A program made the translations under genes and the position numbers. 64,000 nt of DNA from a virus. The notes below the pieces were generated by a model. The model saw only the letters and a list, made by a program, of their open reading frames with translations, searched no databases and was not told the DNA's origin. This document shows positions 29,022-39,019 of this stretch, in pieces (position 1 is the first letter of the stretch; every line of letters starts with the position of its first letter). The stretch lies in the IMG/VR virus record IMGVR_UViG_3300043449_001609, positions 4,864 to 68,863 of that record. One strand, given 5' to 3'.

Positions 29022-30552
29022 GTAGTTTTCGATACATTTCGACAATCTGGGTGTGAACGTCGATGTTGTTGTCCAGCATGCTGTACACGTGTCGCTCAAC
29101 AGGGGCGCCTTCCAACCGCACGACAGTGCAAGGAAACTTCTGTCCGGCACGGTGCGGTCGGGCGTTGGCTTGCGCGTAAATCTCCAGCGAGCTGGTCGGC
29201 CCCCACCAGACGATGGTGTCGGCTGCGGTGAGCGTCACGCCGTGTGCGGCTGACTGAGGCTGGATAATCAGGATACGCGGGTCTGGGTCGTCTTGAAAAG
29301 CCCTGAACAGCCGCGTGCGCTCGCCGGCGGACACCGCCCCGTTGATGACCCCCACGGTGTAGCCGTCCTCCTTGAGCCGCGACTGCAGCGCCTGTATGGC
29401 GTGCGTGTACATGACGAACACCAGCACCTTGCGATCTGTCTCGCTGATGACCTCCTCCAGCACGCGGTAGCGGTTGCTGATGTCGTAGTCGAGGATTGCC
29501 CCGGACTCGGTGTAACTCGCCCCTGACGCGATCTGGAGCAGCCTGTTGAGCTTCACGGCGGCGTTGGCAGCGGTGATCTGCTCCCCGGCCGCGCTGATGA
29601 GCATGTGCTTGCGGAACTCGTCGTAGTAGTGCTTCTGCTGCTGCGTCATCGGCACGTGGCGCGTGACGTACGTTATCTCCGGCAGGTCAAGGCACTCCTT
29701 CTTGGTGAAGCGGATCGCCGGCTGCAGCGCAGCGTGCACGATGTCCTTGGCGTTGGGGCGCGGGATGTACTTGAAGTTGGTGACCTTCTGCATCACCTGT
29801 TCGCGGAAGCCGTTGAAGAACCGCGGCACGCCGTTGGGGTTCACGAGCTTGGCCAGTCCGTAGGCATCCACAGGCGACTGCGCCGCCGGCGTGCCGGTCA
29901 TCATCCACAGCCACGTATTGGGCTTGACGAGCTTGGCCATCGACTTCCACCGGCGCGTGCTGGTGGTCTTCACGGCGTTGGCTTCATCTGCGATGACAAG
30001 GTCGAACCCGGCAAGCATCAGGTACTCCATCATGATGGGCACCCCGTCGTAGTTGATGATGACGAACTCAGCGTTGCCTTGGATCACCTTGCGGCGCTGC
30101 TCGGCGGAGCCGTGTGCGATGTCCACGCGCCGGTGCATGAGGGTCTTGAACAGGTCGCTCCGCCACGCGTTGTCCATGACGGACACAGGACACACGATCA
30201 GCACGCGCTTGATGAGCCCCTTCTCCATGAGGTAGTCCGCAGCCCACGCCGCCGACATTGTTTTCCCGGTTCCCTGTTCCCCGAAGTTGAACGCGCGCGA
30301 GTGCATGGTGAGGAACGCAGCGACCGTCTTCTGGTGCTCAAAGGGCTTGTACATGCCGGGCCAGTTGTAGTCCCGCATGATGGGAGATGGCGCTGACTTG
30401 ACACCGAGGTTCTGCAGCACGCGCATCTCGTCTACGCCCCAGTGCACCAGCACGCGACCGTCCGGCAGCAGTCGACTCTTGGGTATGGCTGCCAGAATGT
30501 GTGCAGGCCGCTTCACGCGCACGGCAACGGCGCGGTTCTCGATTACTTCCAT
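29014..30552 (-). CDS. SNF2-family helicase
   Basis: EQGTGKT, IADEA, MTGTP, HGVTLT, QANARPHRAGQ. Confidence 0.9.
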   Translation of the reverse strand: MEVIENRAVAVRVKRPAHILAAIPKSRLLPDGRVLVHWGVDEMRVLQNLGVKSAPSPIMRDYNWPGMYKPFEHQKTVAAFLTMHSRAFNFGEQGTGKTMSAAWAADYLMEKGLIKRVLIVCPVSVMDNAWRSDLFKTLMHRRVDIAHGSAEQRRKVIQGNAEFVIINYDGVPIMMEYLMLAGFDLVIADEANAVKTTSTRRWKSMAKLVKPNTWLWMMTGTPAAQSPVDAYGLAKLVNPNGVPRFFNGFREQVMQKVTNFKYIPRPNAKDIVHAALQPAIRFTKKECLDLPEITYVTRHVPMTQQQKHYYDEFRKHMLISAAGEQITAANAAVKLNRLLQIASGASYTESGAILDYDISNRYRVLEEVISETDRKVLVFVMYTHAIQALQSRLKEDGYTVGVINGAVSAGERTRLFRAFQDDPDPRILIIQPQSAAHGVTLTAADTIVWWGPTSSLEIYAQANARPHRAGQKFPCTVVRLEGAPVERHVYSMLDNNIDVHTQIVEMYRKLLD

Positions 30553-30557
30553 AAATT

Positions 30558-31067
30558 TTACATCCCCGATACGAGTTGGTCTAAGCGCAACGGTGCTGCG
30601 CACTCTGCATTAAGCTCCGGCTTCAGCACGTGAATATATATGGACTCTAGGCGGTTTAATTTTTCTGGCGGGCACGGGACGTAAGCAAAACGGTCAAATG
30701 TTTTATCTTTGTGCTGCGAGAGTCGGCTATAGACATTCACGGATTGTCCAACGTAGACAACTCGGTTGTCACGTATCAAGAAGTACACCCCAGACACACG
30801 AGACATACTGTAGCTGGCCGCTACAATGTGCTCCTCCGACAACAAAAGTTTATCGTTCAGTTCCGGGTGCTGGGCTTGCAGCTCCGCGCACAGCCTTGCC
30901 ATTCCGAGTCGTTGCTCCAGAGCCTGCACTTCTTCGGCCAGACGGAAGCGCTGGCTCATCGCGTATTCTCGTTCCGCGTGCAGCTTGTCCAGTCTCGCTC
31001 GCCGTGTAGCCACCCCTTTTGCAGCGCTGGCTCTGCGCTGGTCCGGTGTCCTGTCGTGCAGTCCCAT
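30558..31067 (-). CDS. GIY-YIG nuclease-domain protein
   Basis: SGVYFL...VYVGQS...RLSQH...LESIYI...PELN; more AT-rich than neighbours. Confidence 0.75.
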   Translation of the reverse strand: MGLHDRTPDQRRASAAKGVATRRARLDKLHAEREYAMSQRFRLAEEVQALEQRLGMARLCAELQAQHPELNDKLLLSEEHIVAASYSMSRVSGVYFLIRDNRVVYVGQSVNVYSRLSQHKDKTFDRFAYVPCPPEKLNRLESIYIHVLKPELNAECAAPLRLDQLVSGM

Positions 31068-31070
31068 AAC

Positions 31071-31331
31071 TTATTTTTTCTCGCCCGGCTTGTGGCCATT
31101 GCGGGAACGGTTGGTGCGCGGCGACTCAAGGTAGTACCCGTCGCCGTTGTCGCCGCCCTTGGCGAGCGCCTTCTTGTGGCTGACGTCTTTGCCCTTGCGG
31201 TTCACGCCCTTCTTGTCGAGCGCTCTGCGCGCACGCTGCCGCTCCATGCGGTCCTCGTGCTCACCACGCTTCTTCTGCAGCTCGTACTCGTGCTTGTACG
31301 GGCGATCCTTCTCGGGGTTCTTGTAGGCCAT
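31071..31331 (-). CDS. Small HNH-like protein
   Basis: GKDVSHKKALAKGGDN...NRSRN. Confidence 0.65.
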   Translation of the reverse strand: MAYKNPEKDRPYKHEYELQKKRGEHEDRMERQRARRALDKKGVNRKGKDVSHKKALAKGGDNGDGYYLESPRTNRSRNGHKPGEKK

Positions 31332-31999
31332 TACCTGTTACTCCCATTGTGTACACACGACTCAACGATGCAGTGCCGACGACAAAGACCTGACTCGCGT
31401 GGGTTCCAGATGTCGTTCTTGAACGCCAGCTCCAGTGCGCGGTGCTCGCGTAACCACTTGTCCCACAGCTGCGACTCTTGCGCGCGGTGGTATATCTCAC
31501 GGGGGAAGCTGTTGGCGACCACGAACAGCAACCCAGCACGCACGATGTCCACGTCGGGGAAGTGCTTGAAGATGGCCATGGCCATCAGCTCCAGCTGCCC
31601 CTTGTCTGCGTACTTTGCGCTGGCGCCCGTCTTGTAGTCGATGACCCGTGCCGTGCGGTCTTGCAGGATCACCAAGTCGGCCACGCCCCGCCACCACACA
31701 TTGTGCGCGTCGATAGCGCATGGTTCAAGGTCTTCCGTGAGCCCCATGGTGTACTCGCACAGTTTCTTGCCGGGCATCTCCTTGAGCTTGGTCAGTGCCT
31801 CCAGCGCGAAGTCGAACTTCGCCGGCAGCTCGTGCGTTCCCTGCACGAACAGCTCTGCGGCCTTGTGGAACTCCGTGCCGTACCGTGTGGCCTCCGTGTC
31901 TTCGATCTGGTAGTTCTTCAGCACCCGTATCTCGTGGTACTGCCGCGGGCACGTCTTGAAGTTCTTCAGGCTGCTGTACGACCATGTGCGTGCTTTCAT
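31331..31999 (-). CDS. PD-(D/E)XK exonuclease (RecB/Cas4-like)
   Basis: WSYSSLKNFKTCPRQY, GTEFH, GVADL, VIDYKTG, QLELMA, C-terminal Cys cluster. Confidence 0.85.
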   Translation of the reverse strand: MKARTWSYSSLKNFKTCPRQYHEIRVLKNYQIEDTEATRYGTEFHKAAELFVQGTHELPAKFDFALEALTKLKEMPGKKLCEYTMGLTEDLEPCAIDAHNVWWRGVADLVILQDRTARVIDYKTGASAKYADKGQLELMAMAIFKHFPDVDIVRAGLLFVVANSFPREIYHRAQESQLWDKWLREHRALELAFKNDIWNPRESGLCRRHCIVESCVHNGSNR

Positions 32000-32289
32000 T
32001 TCAAATCACTCCACGGTACATCTACACCACACAACAAGCACAGCGCGTTCTCGGGCATGAGACAGAACTCGTAGCTGCCGCACTTGCATTGAAACACCAT
32101 ACCTTCTGCCGGCAGCACCACGTGCGTGTACCGGCCCTTCATCGTGCCACAAGCCGGGCACTCCAGCTCACGCGTCCCTGCGGGGGCCACACAATGCCAC
32201 TTATGCCGACACTCGATGCACACAGCTTCCGATTGAATGTGCGGCATGCGCTTGAGGCGTTCGGCTTCCAAGTCGATGGGCTCGCTCAT
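31996..32289 (-). CDS. Zinc-ribbon hypothetical protein
   Basis: Four CxxC/CxC pairs; coupled to exonuclease gene. Confidence 0.55.
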   Translation of the reverse strand: MSEPIDLEAERLKRMPHIQSEAVCIECRHKWHCVAPAGTRELECPACGTMKGRYTHVVLPAEGMVFQCKCGSYEFCLMPENALCLLCGVDVPWSDLK

Positions 32290-32290
32290 T

Positions 32291-32554
32291 TCATTTCTCC
32301 ATATCACATGCCGTTTCCGCTATCGACGCAGTCAGCCCAGCAATATCAATAAAGCGAGCGATTGCATTTAGTGTTTTTTCCTGCTCGGCTAATTTTTCTT
32401 CGCACGCGCCCAATTTCGCTTTCGTACGCGCAACGTCTAGGTTCGCTCGCTGCAGTTGTATCATAAGACTAGAAATCTCCGCGGCGTGATCTGAGCACAC
32501 ACCAGCCAATTTCAGGTACTCATCTTCTAAGTTAGTCCACTGTATGTCGTTCAT
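32291..32554 (-). CDS. Coiled-coil hypothetical protein
   Basis: MNDIQWTNLE start overlapping the pol stop; AT-richer. Confidence 0.5.
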   Translation of the reverse strand: MNDIQWTNLEDEYLKLAGVCSDHAAEISSLMIQLQRANLDVARTKAKLGACEEKLAEQEKTLNAIARFIDIAGLTASIAETACDMEK

Positions 32555-35421
32555 TTCATTTCTCCATAGCACGTACCCGTGCTGCCTGCGGCCCACACGA
32601 CCAGCTGCGGCCACCACGCCGGCGGCGTGCGCATGATGCGCAGCACCGTGTCCAGCAGCGCGTCAGCGTCTTCCTCCGGTGCCACGTACATCAGCTCGTC
32701 ATGCACCGACAACACCGGGCGTTGCTTGGTTGCCTTGTAGATGTCGAACGCCATGTCAGCCACCACGTCGCGCGCCAGCGCCTGCACGCAGTTGTGCACT
32801 ATGAACGGGCCTTCTTTGCCTTTGACGACAAACCGTTGTCGGGGGCCACAGTTGACGATGTCGTATACCGACCGCTGACATTCGGCGTTGTCCGCAGCTG
32901 TGTTTTGCTCCATCCGTGTGAAATTCGATAGTACAGCGTCGAGCGGCTTATTCCAGTCTGTGCGCTCAACTGCGGCACGTCCACCATGCGAATTGTATTT
33001 CGTTTGTTCATGGTGTTTACCCGACGAGAAACCCACCGGCAGTTCTTCTTTGTGTAGTCTCCTTCGTTGTTTTTTCGATCCAAGTCCATCCCCGGCTGGT
33101 ACGAGCTGCCCATGTCCGCCCAGAAATTCTCGAAAGATGCTTGCCATCGAACACACACTGTTATTCCACGCGCTCCGTAGTTTTTCCACGCCCTGTGCGA
33201 TGGCAGCTGGCAGCGGTCCAACATAGCCCTCCACACTGCGTATGCCGGGTGCTTTGACATGCCGTGTGTCGTTACCTTCTGTCTCAATCTGTCCCAGCTG
33301 GAACACCCGCAATTGGGCACTCTCCCCGCGCGCATATCTTTTTTGACGTCGCAGCCAAGTTTCTCGCAGCGATTTCCACATGCGCACTGGAACTCCCAAC
33401 TCCATGTCTTTCCCGTGGACCGTGTCGGTCGCACCGCTGTCAACTTCCCGAATGTTTGGCCGGTAAGGTCTTTGAACCTCCAGTGCAGCTTTCCATCCTT
33501 CATCCGTTAGTACCTCATGATCCGGTGTCATAAACACACCATCCACGGTAACACAGGTTTGGACTGATTTGAATACTTTACCGGCATGCCGCACGAACTC
33601 GACACCATCGTGCACTCTGTCATCCAAGCGCACGTCTTGTATCGGCACCCAACCGCGCTCACATAGAACCAACGTGCCTTCGGCTATGCAGTTCTCGTCG
33701 ATCTTCCCAGCATAAATACGTGCAGTGTGGCGCCCCTCGCCGTAGAACCACTCCGTCTTGCCCGCCTCGTCCATCTGCTTGCGCAGCTCCGGGTAGCGGA
33801 TATACCGCCCGCTCGGGAGCATGATGCCCTCTGCACAGGTGCGTGTCAGTCCCCACGGATCAATCGGCACGATGTCGCCGGACTCGATAGCCGGCAGCAG
33901 CGAGTGACACTTTTTCCACCCCTGCACAATCTCGGGGTACATCTCGCGCCACGCGTTTTTGATGTTCTCGGACTCCGCTTCGGTCAGCGTGACACCGCCC
34001 ATCGTCTTGGCCACGCTGCGGAATGTCTCGGCGCCCGAACCGAAGCCCAAGCCCAGCTGCGCCACCTTGCCCATCTGACGCTGGTCTTTCGACACGTCCT
34101 TCACAGGCACAGCGTATAGCGACGCCGCAAACTGCCGATACAGGTCGGCTTCTGCTGGGTCTTTCTTGAACAGGTCCATGCTGCTCGGCACTTTCCACAG
34201 GAAGTGGTTCACGCGCAGCTCGATGCCGGACAAGTCAGCCACGACCAGCTTGTGGCCGGGCGGTGCGTTGATACTGCACCGCAGGGCGTCGGAGATTTTT
34301 GGTGCTTTGGGGTTCACGCGCGGCAGGTTCTGCAGGTTCAGGCCGCCGATGCCGGCGCCCCAGCGCCCCGTCGTGGTTGCGCCACAGTAGTTGAGCGGGA
34401 CAGGCAGCTTGCCCTTCATCGTCTTGCCGACGTTGATGAAAGACTCCAGCCGCGTTTCGATAATGGTGGACTTCACATCCAGACGCGCGCACACCGCGGC
34501 GGCGACAAGTTCGTTCTCGTGTTCCTGCAGGGCAAGAAACTCCTGATCGGTCTTTGAGAACGCCAGCGTCTGCTGCCCCGTGGTGGGGCTGATCTTGGTG
34601 GGCGGTGTCACGCCCTCTTGTGCCATAACGGCGGCCAGCTTGACGTTGGACATCAGTGTGGCCTTGGTGCGCTCAATGGCTGCGTCCATGACGCCGCTCA
34701 CGACAGCGCGATGGATGGCTTCTTCCTCGCCAAACTGCCGCTTCAAGTCAAGCATTTCCAGATCGAGCACGGATGCCAGTTTCTGCAGCGCCCGCACCTT
34801 GCGTGCTTGCTCCTTGATGAGTGCGCTCTCCAGCATGCGCTTGTCGAGTATCAGCTTCGGGTCGATGAGCATGCGGATGGTGGAGTCTATCTGCCACATC
34901 TCGCGGGAGTTGTAGTGCGGCAACAGCTTCTTGAACAGTGCGGCGCATTGCTCGGTGTCTGCTTCGTTGTATATCTTCATCTGCTCACGTTCAGCAGCAG
35001 TGAACTCGGCCAACTTCCTGCCCTGCGTCTTGAGCAGGACGGTGTTGTCCTTCTTCCCCAGCTCGTAGTGTTCCACCAGCTTGGCCAGTGAGTTGCCTAC
35101 GGTCAGGTTGTGGATGGGCTTGGCCATCGCCAGCGTACACCCCCACGCTTTCGGCTTCACACCCAGACGCCATGCGAAGATCATGGCGTCGAACCCGGAC
35201 ATGTTGTGCGCCACGAACAGGGCGTCCGAGAAGTCGGTCCTCTCCAGCAGCTCGCGTATTTTCCACTCGCCAAACACAACCTTGGTGGGCGCGTCACCCA
35301 CCTTGAGTGACAGCGAAATCAACTCCGTCTCCTTGTGCAGACAGTAGTCAATCGGACTCATCTTCGACAGCGAATGTGTCTGGCTCCAGAACGTCTCCAA
35401 GTCTCCCACTATTACTTTCAT
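32551..35421 (-). CDS. Family A DNA polymerase with 3'-5' exonuclease, intein-containing precursor
   Basis: Exo DLET, AHNMSGFD, YNEAD; motif A DLSGIELR, motif B RQMGKVAQLGLGFG, motif C VHDE. Confidence 0.95.
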   Translation of the reverse strand: MKVIVGDLETFWSQTHSLSKMSPIDYCLHKETELISLSLKVGDAPTKVVFGEWKIRELLERTDFSDALFVAHNMSGFDAMIFAWRLGVKPKAWGCTLAMAKPIHNLTVGNSLAKLVEHYELGKKDNTVLLKTQGRKLAEFTAAEREQMKIYNEADTEQCAALFKKLLPHYNSREMWQIDSTIRMLIDPKLILDKRMLESALIKEQARKVRALQKLASVLDLEMLDLKRQFGEEEAIHRAVVSGVMDAAIERTKATLMSNVKLAAVMAQEGVTPPTKISPTTGQQTLAFSKTDQEFLALQEHENELVAAAVCARLDVKSTIIETRLESFINVGKTMKGKLPVPLNYCGATTTGRWGAGIGGLNLQNLPRVNPKAPKISDALRCSINAPPGHKLVVADLSGIELRVNHFLWKVPSSMDLFKKDPAEADLYRQFAASLYAVPVKDVSKDQRQMGKVAQLGLGFGSGAETFRSVAKTMGGVTLTEAESENIKNAWREMYPEIVQGWKKCHSLLPAIESGDIVPIDPWGLTRTCAEGIMLPSGRYIRYPELRKQMDEAGKTEWFYGEGRHTARIYAGKIDENCIAEGTLVLCERGWVPIQDVRLDDRVHDGVEFVRHAGKVFKSVQTCVTVDGVFMTPDHEVLTDEGWKAALEVQRPYRPNIREVDSGATDTVHGKDMELGVPVRMWKSLRETWLRRQKRYARGESAQLRVFQLGQIETEGNDTRHVKAPGIRSVEGYVGPLPAAIAQGVEKLRSAWNNSVCSMASIFREFLGGHGQLVPAGDGLGSKKQRRRLHKEELPVGFSSGKHHEQTKYNSHGGRAAVERTDWNKPLDAVLSNFTRMEQNTAADNAECQRSVYDIVNCGPRQRFVVKGKEGPFIVHNCVQALARDVVADMAFDIYKATKQRPVLSVHDELMYVAPEEDADALLDTVLRIMRTPPAWWPQLVVWAAGSTGTCYGEMK
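32791..33690 (-). mobile_element. Intein (300 aa, residues 578-877 of the polymerase precursor)
   Basis: Block A CIAEGTLV, block B TPDHEVLT, block F VYDI, block G IVHN followed by Cys; removal restores GKIDEN/CVQALARD. Confidence 0.95.
32799..33503 (-). CDS. HNH-family (His-Me finger) endonuclease nested in the +1 frame of the intein
   Basis: DLTGQTFGKLT, CACG, CGC, THGMS, WRAMLDRC, YGARGITVCVRW, LDRKNNEGDYTKKNCRW, C-terminal HTH-like; GAGGT 8 nt before ATG. Confidence 0.85.
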   Translation of the reverse strand: MKDGKLHWRFKDLTGQTFGKLTAVRPTRSTGKTWSWEFQCACGNRCEKLGCDVKKDMRAGRVPNCGCSSWDRLRQKVTTHGMSKHPAYAVWRAMLDRCQLPSHRAWKNYGARGITVCVRWQASFENFWADMGSSYQPGMDLDRKNNEGDYTKKNCRWVSRRVNTMNKRNTIRMVDVPQLSAQTGISRSTLYYRISHGWSKTQLRTTPNVSGRYTTSSTVAPDNGLSSKAKKARS

Positions 35422-35424
35422 AGG

Positions 35425-35622
35425 TCACGCCCACGTATTGTTGTGGATGACGTTGAAGATACACATGGTGGACACGTCGTACCGCTTCGCAAGCATGGCT
35501 TGTGTGTAGCGCCCGGTTTCGTACAGCACGCGGATGCGTGCGGCCTTGGCGTATGTGAGTTTGGCGCGGCCGTTACGTTCGCCGGCGTTGTTGGAAACTT
35601 TCTTCGCAGTTGACTTCTTCAC
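35425..35622 (-). CDS. Small helix-turn-helix protein
   Basis: GERNGRAKLT...TQAMLAKRYDVS...VIHNNTW, like HTH tails of HNH proteins. Confidence 0.65.
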   Translation of the reverse strand: MKKSTAKKVSNNAGERNGRAKLTYAKAARIRVLYETGRYTQAMLAKRYDVSTMCIFNVIHNNTWA

Positions 35623-36065
35623 TTGGACTCTCCTTTCACAATGTCATGTAGATCAAACTTGGTGTTCTCCCGTGCACGGAGTGCGGGGAGTATTGCTGCC
35701 TGCTCGTCCAGCAGCTCGTCAAAGTCCCCCATGTAGGGGGGCCGGTTGTCGTTGAACAGCTCGGTGCCGTCAACATCCAGTATCATCATCAGGCACGCGC
35801 AGGCAGCTGCCAGCGGGTGTACGCCGTCCGATGTCTTATCCTTCCCACACCACCACGCAAAGATGTGTCGCATGGCCGCGCCAAAGTACACGCTGGCGCT
35901 GATCTTCTCCTCCTCCCAGTTGTATGGTTGATATTTAAACCCACCGTCCGCAAACGCCATGGCGATCTTCGCCAGTGCACGGACAGGTATGAGGTGAAGC
36001 GGCACTTTGTTCATGCCGCCCACGCGCGTCTTTGGGTTGCTGTCAGGTGCCGGCATTGCTGTCAT
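35619..36065 (-). CDS. dATP/dGTP diphosphohydrolase-like protein (DUF5664)
   Basis: NPK...KVPLHLIP...GGFKYQPYNW...AAMRH...W. Confidence 0.7.
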   Translation of the reverse strand: MTAMPAPDSNPKTRVGGMNKVPLHLIPVRALAKIAMAFADGGFKYQPYNWEEEKISASVYFGAAMRHIFAWWCGKDKTSDGVHPLAAACACLMMILDVDGTELFNDNRPPYMGDFDELLDEQAAILPALRARENTKFDLHDIVKGESK

Positions 36066-36252
36066 CCCGTAGAAACTCAATGGTCGGTGCTTCTTCCCGC
36101 AGTGCGTAGTATTCAATCTGTGCTTTGGCCGAGTTAATCATCTTGCCCGCGATGTTGGCAAGTTCTGCAGCCTCGTGGTGCTGCATCTTCCCCTGCTTCA
36201 GTAGTTTGAACACGTCGCTTAATTCCGTCCGTAACTCACTTGCCGTTTTCAT
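36043..36252 (-). CDS. Hypothetical protein
   Basis: MKTASELRTEL...ELANIAGKMINSAK; overlaps neighbours. Confidence 0.6.
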   Translation of the reverse strand: MKTASELRTELSDVFKLLKQGKMQHHEAAELANIAGKMINSAKAQIEYYALREEAPTIEFLRDDSNAGT

Positions 36253-36637
36253 TTGCATGCCTCTTAATCTGAAGTTGAAGTCGCTTAATATCAGCCAAAA
36301 CTTGCGGCACGTCTACTGTGGATAGCCCCGTGTTGTTTGCCACAAGTCGTTTGGCGTATGTATTACTGATGGTCTTGCTTGCGTTGCCGCTGTTTCTCCT
36401 CCTCATGGTTGATAAAACTTTCCTGCCTTTGGTTGACGTCCTGTATTTTTTTATGGCCGCTTTATGCTTTCCGGTTCTGCTGCGCCACTCGCGCGCAATG
36501 TTTCTTGCGCACCCCCTGCACGGGCGACCAGATGCGCTGCGACAGTCGCTCCACACACCGAACCACGACACAGGCAGTACGTTATAACAGCGTGGGCAAT
36601 ACTTAAACCCCGAACACGCTATCTGACATGCCAGCAT
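36236..36637 (-). CDS. Basic Zn-finger-like hypothetical protein
   Basis: KYCPRC...CRGC; K/R-rich; start uncertain. Confidence 0.45.
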   Translation of the reverse strand: MLACQIACSGFKYCPRCYNVLPVSWFGVWSDCRSASGRPCRGCARNIAREWRSRTGKHKAAIKKYRTSTKGRKVLSTMRRRNSGNASKTISNTYAKRLVANNTGLSTVDVPQVLADIKRLQLQIKRHANENGK

Positions 36638-36959
36638 CGCCGTCCCTCCGCAATTTAAGTTCCCACTGTGCGTACGCACACTTCAGCCAGACCATCACAC
36701 CGGCGGCGTTCGCCTCACGCATGACGCACGACACACCACCCGCTGTTTTTATCCGACGCAGTTGGTTCTCCTGCAGCGCCGTGGGTTGATTATCCCCCGC
36801 TTTACACTCAATTGCAAAGAACATCCCGCGGTAGCAGCCGACGATGTCCGGCACGCCTGATGTGCCGTAACCTCCGGTAGCGGGGAAAAAGTAATACACC
36901 CCGTGCGCCTTGAGCTCGTCGGTGATGGTTTTCTTGACTTTCTTTTCTGGTGTACTCAT
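36603..36959 (-). CDS. VRR-NUC nuclease (Holliday junction resolvase-like)
   Basis: TPEKKVK, GVPDI, AIECKA, PTALQ. Confidence 0.85.
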   Translation of the reverse strand: MSTPEKKVKKTITDELKAHGVYYFFPATGGYGTSGVPDIVGCYRGMFFAIECKAGDNQPTALQENQLRRIKTAGGVSCVMREANAAGVMVWLKCAYAQWELKLRRDGDAGMSDSVFGV

Positions 36960-37026
36960 CGACGGTACAACCACAAAGCGAGCATCAGGACCGAGCACGA
37001 GTACCACATCACAACTTCAATATCTG

Positions 37027-38988
37027 TCATCCCTCGTTCTCCACTTGAACGTCGCGCCATTCGCCCTTGACTCCATACGAGATGCCGCATAAGTCAAAGT
37101 CTTCCCATTCCCACCACTGTTGCAATGCCAACCCCATGCGAGTACGCGGCACCCCTTCCAGTTCCGTAACTATCATTTCCTTTTCTACCCATCTCAACTT
37201 CGCTGTCGGTGTCATGCGTCCTCCCGCTGGTCTGCCCAACCTGTACGAGATGCTTTCAAGTTCATTCCCTCCACTCCTGCACATCGGCAGTGCATGTGAT
37301 GTACGGCAGCGTCGGATACGTCGGCGTCACTGGGTAGTAGTACGGCGGATGCACATACACCGGCGCAGTTCTGCACGGTGCGTGCGCGGATAGCCAGCGA
37401 TCGTGCTGGTTGCGTTCGTCAGATTCGTAATGCTGCTGTATCACAAACACCGCACCGCATTTGCATGTGTCGTTAATCATCTTGCTTCTCCTGCTCGCCT
37501 CGGGCTGCGTCCACGATTTCACACGCTGCGGCTTTTGTGCTTGCAACAGCCGCATCCTCAGCAACTTGCTGCCAGCGCAGCACTTCGGCCCTAGCCTCGT
37601 CCCGCTCGCGGGTGAGGCGTTCGATTTCGGGCCGCATCGACAGGAGTTGTGCGATTGCCTCGACAACCAGCGTGTCGTATCCGTCGTCGGCTTCGCCGTT
37701 TTCGAGTGTTTCTACCAACCCCCGCAGTTGGTAGATCATTCGATCAAAGTCTGCCTGCTGCATCACTCTCCCTCCCCGCCGCGCGCTGCGTCGATGGCTG
37801 CGGCTTCTTCCGGTTTGTTTTGCGGCTCCGTCACCACGTACAACCTGATAATGTGCGTCCGTTGATACAGGTCGCCGTCATAGCAGACATTGACCTTATT
37901 GCACCTGCGGTCGGCGTAGTGCCAACAAGTCCGGCAGTCGATGGGGGTCATTCCTCAAACTCCTCGAGGCAGTCGCGAATATCGTCCATGAGACAGGCGC
38001 CATCGCAATCCGCGCCGTCGTAATGTGTGGTCAATTCCATCGGGGAAACGACATATCCCGATTCATTACATTGGCGCAGCATGTCGTAACAGGCGCGTAG
38101 CAGAGTGATTTCCCGTGGCTCTTTCATTTCATCTCCTTCGCTCGGGCGAGCGCGGCTTTTAGTTTGATGCGCGTATTACATGACTCGCAGCATTCAGCGA
38201 CAGGTTCGTCTTCCCACGCTGCATCAAGGCCTGCGAGCGCGGTCTCCAACGCCTGCACCAGCTCCGTATTGATTGAGCGCAGGCGGGTGAGTTCTTTCGC
38301 GACAGTTTCAGCCTCTTGGAATTCCATTGTTTGCTCGATCTTCACGCCATTCATTGCGGCTGCGATAAACCCATCCGATCTAAGCCGTTTTACAACCATG
38401 TCCGCTGCGTTCATCACTCCCCCATCACATCGGTTGGGTTGCCGGACGAATCGATAAGGCCGAAAAAATGCGCCGTTATCATGTGCCCGCCCTCGTCCAG
38501 TATTGATCTCGCAAACCCCCGCAGCGCGGCAAGGTGCTTTTCCTTCTCTCGGAGCACCAAGTTCAGAGCCGCTACCGTAACCTCGCTCCCTTGAAATTCT
38601 TCCCGCAGGCTGCGCACTTCGGCGCGCAGGCTGTCATTATCAGCAACGATAGATTCATATACAGGCAGAGGTTTACTGTATAGATACTTGCCACAGCGTT
38701 CACACTGATCGTTACTATTCATACCTTCCCCCATCATGCAACTCTCCGTCGTCTTTTGTATTCCCGGTGTGCCTTGCGGGCGCACACCACACAGTGCTTG
38801 GTCTTGGTGTATCTCTCCTTGCCACCACACGTCTTGCACGCAACAGACAGGTACGTCTTGTGTCCGGCGTGCAGTGCAGCCTCCCGGCGCCTGCGTTTCT
38901 CGGCGTCAGGCATGTACTCGCGGTCCAGTGGGATGTCGTTGTGGACGCGATACTTCATTATGTCATTAGGTATATCGAAATCAAACAC
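37027..38988 (-). other. Cluster of about eight short, overlapping hypothetical genes
   Basis: Chain of ATGA/GTGA-coupled ORFs (37027, 37262, 37473, 37763, 37948-38127 translated by hand, 38124, 38414, 38734). Confidence 0.6.
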
Positions 38989-39019
38989 AGTGTCCTCCTG
39001 TGTATACCACGGTATACAG

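Noticed and set aside
31331-31999. Cas4 as evidence for a CRISPR system
   Set aside because: Stand-alone PD-(D/E)XK exonuclease in the replication module, common in phages.
32791-33690. Group I intron or assembly frameshift as the explanation for the nested HNH
   Set aside because: The polymerase frame is uninterrupted and bounded by complete intein motifs; two compensating errors would not leave ~190 off-frame codons stop-free.
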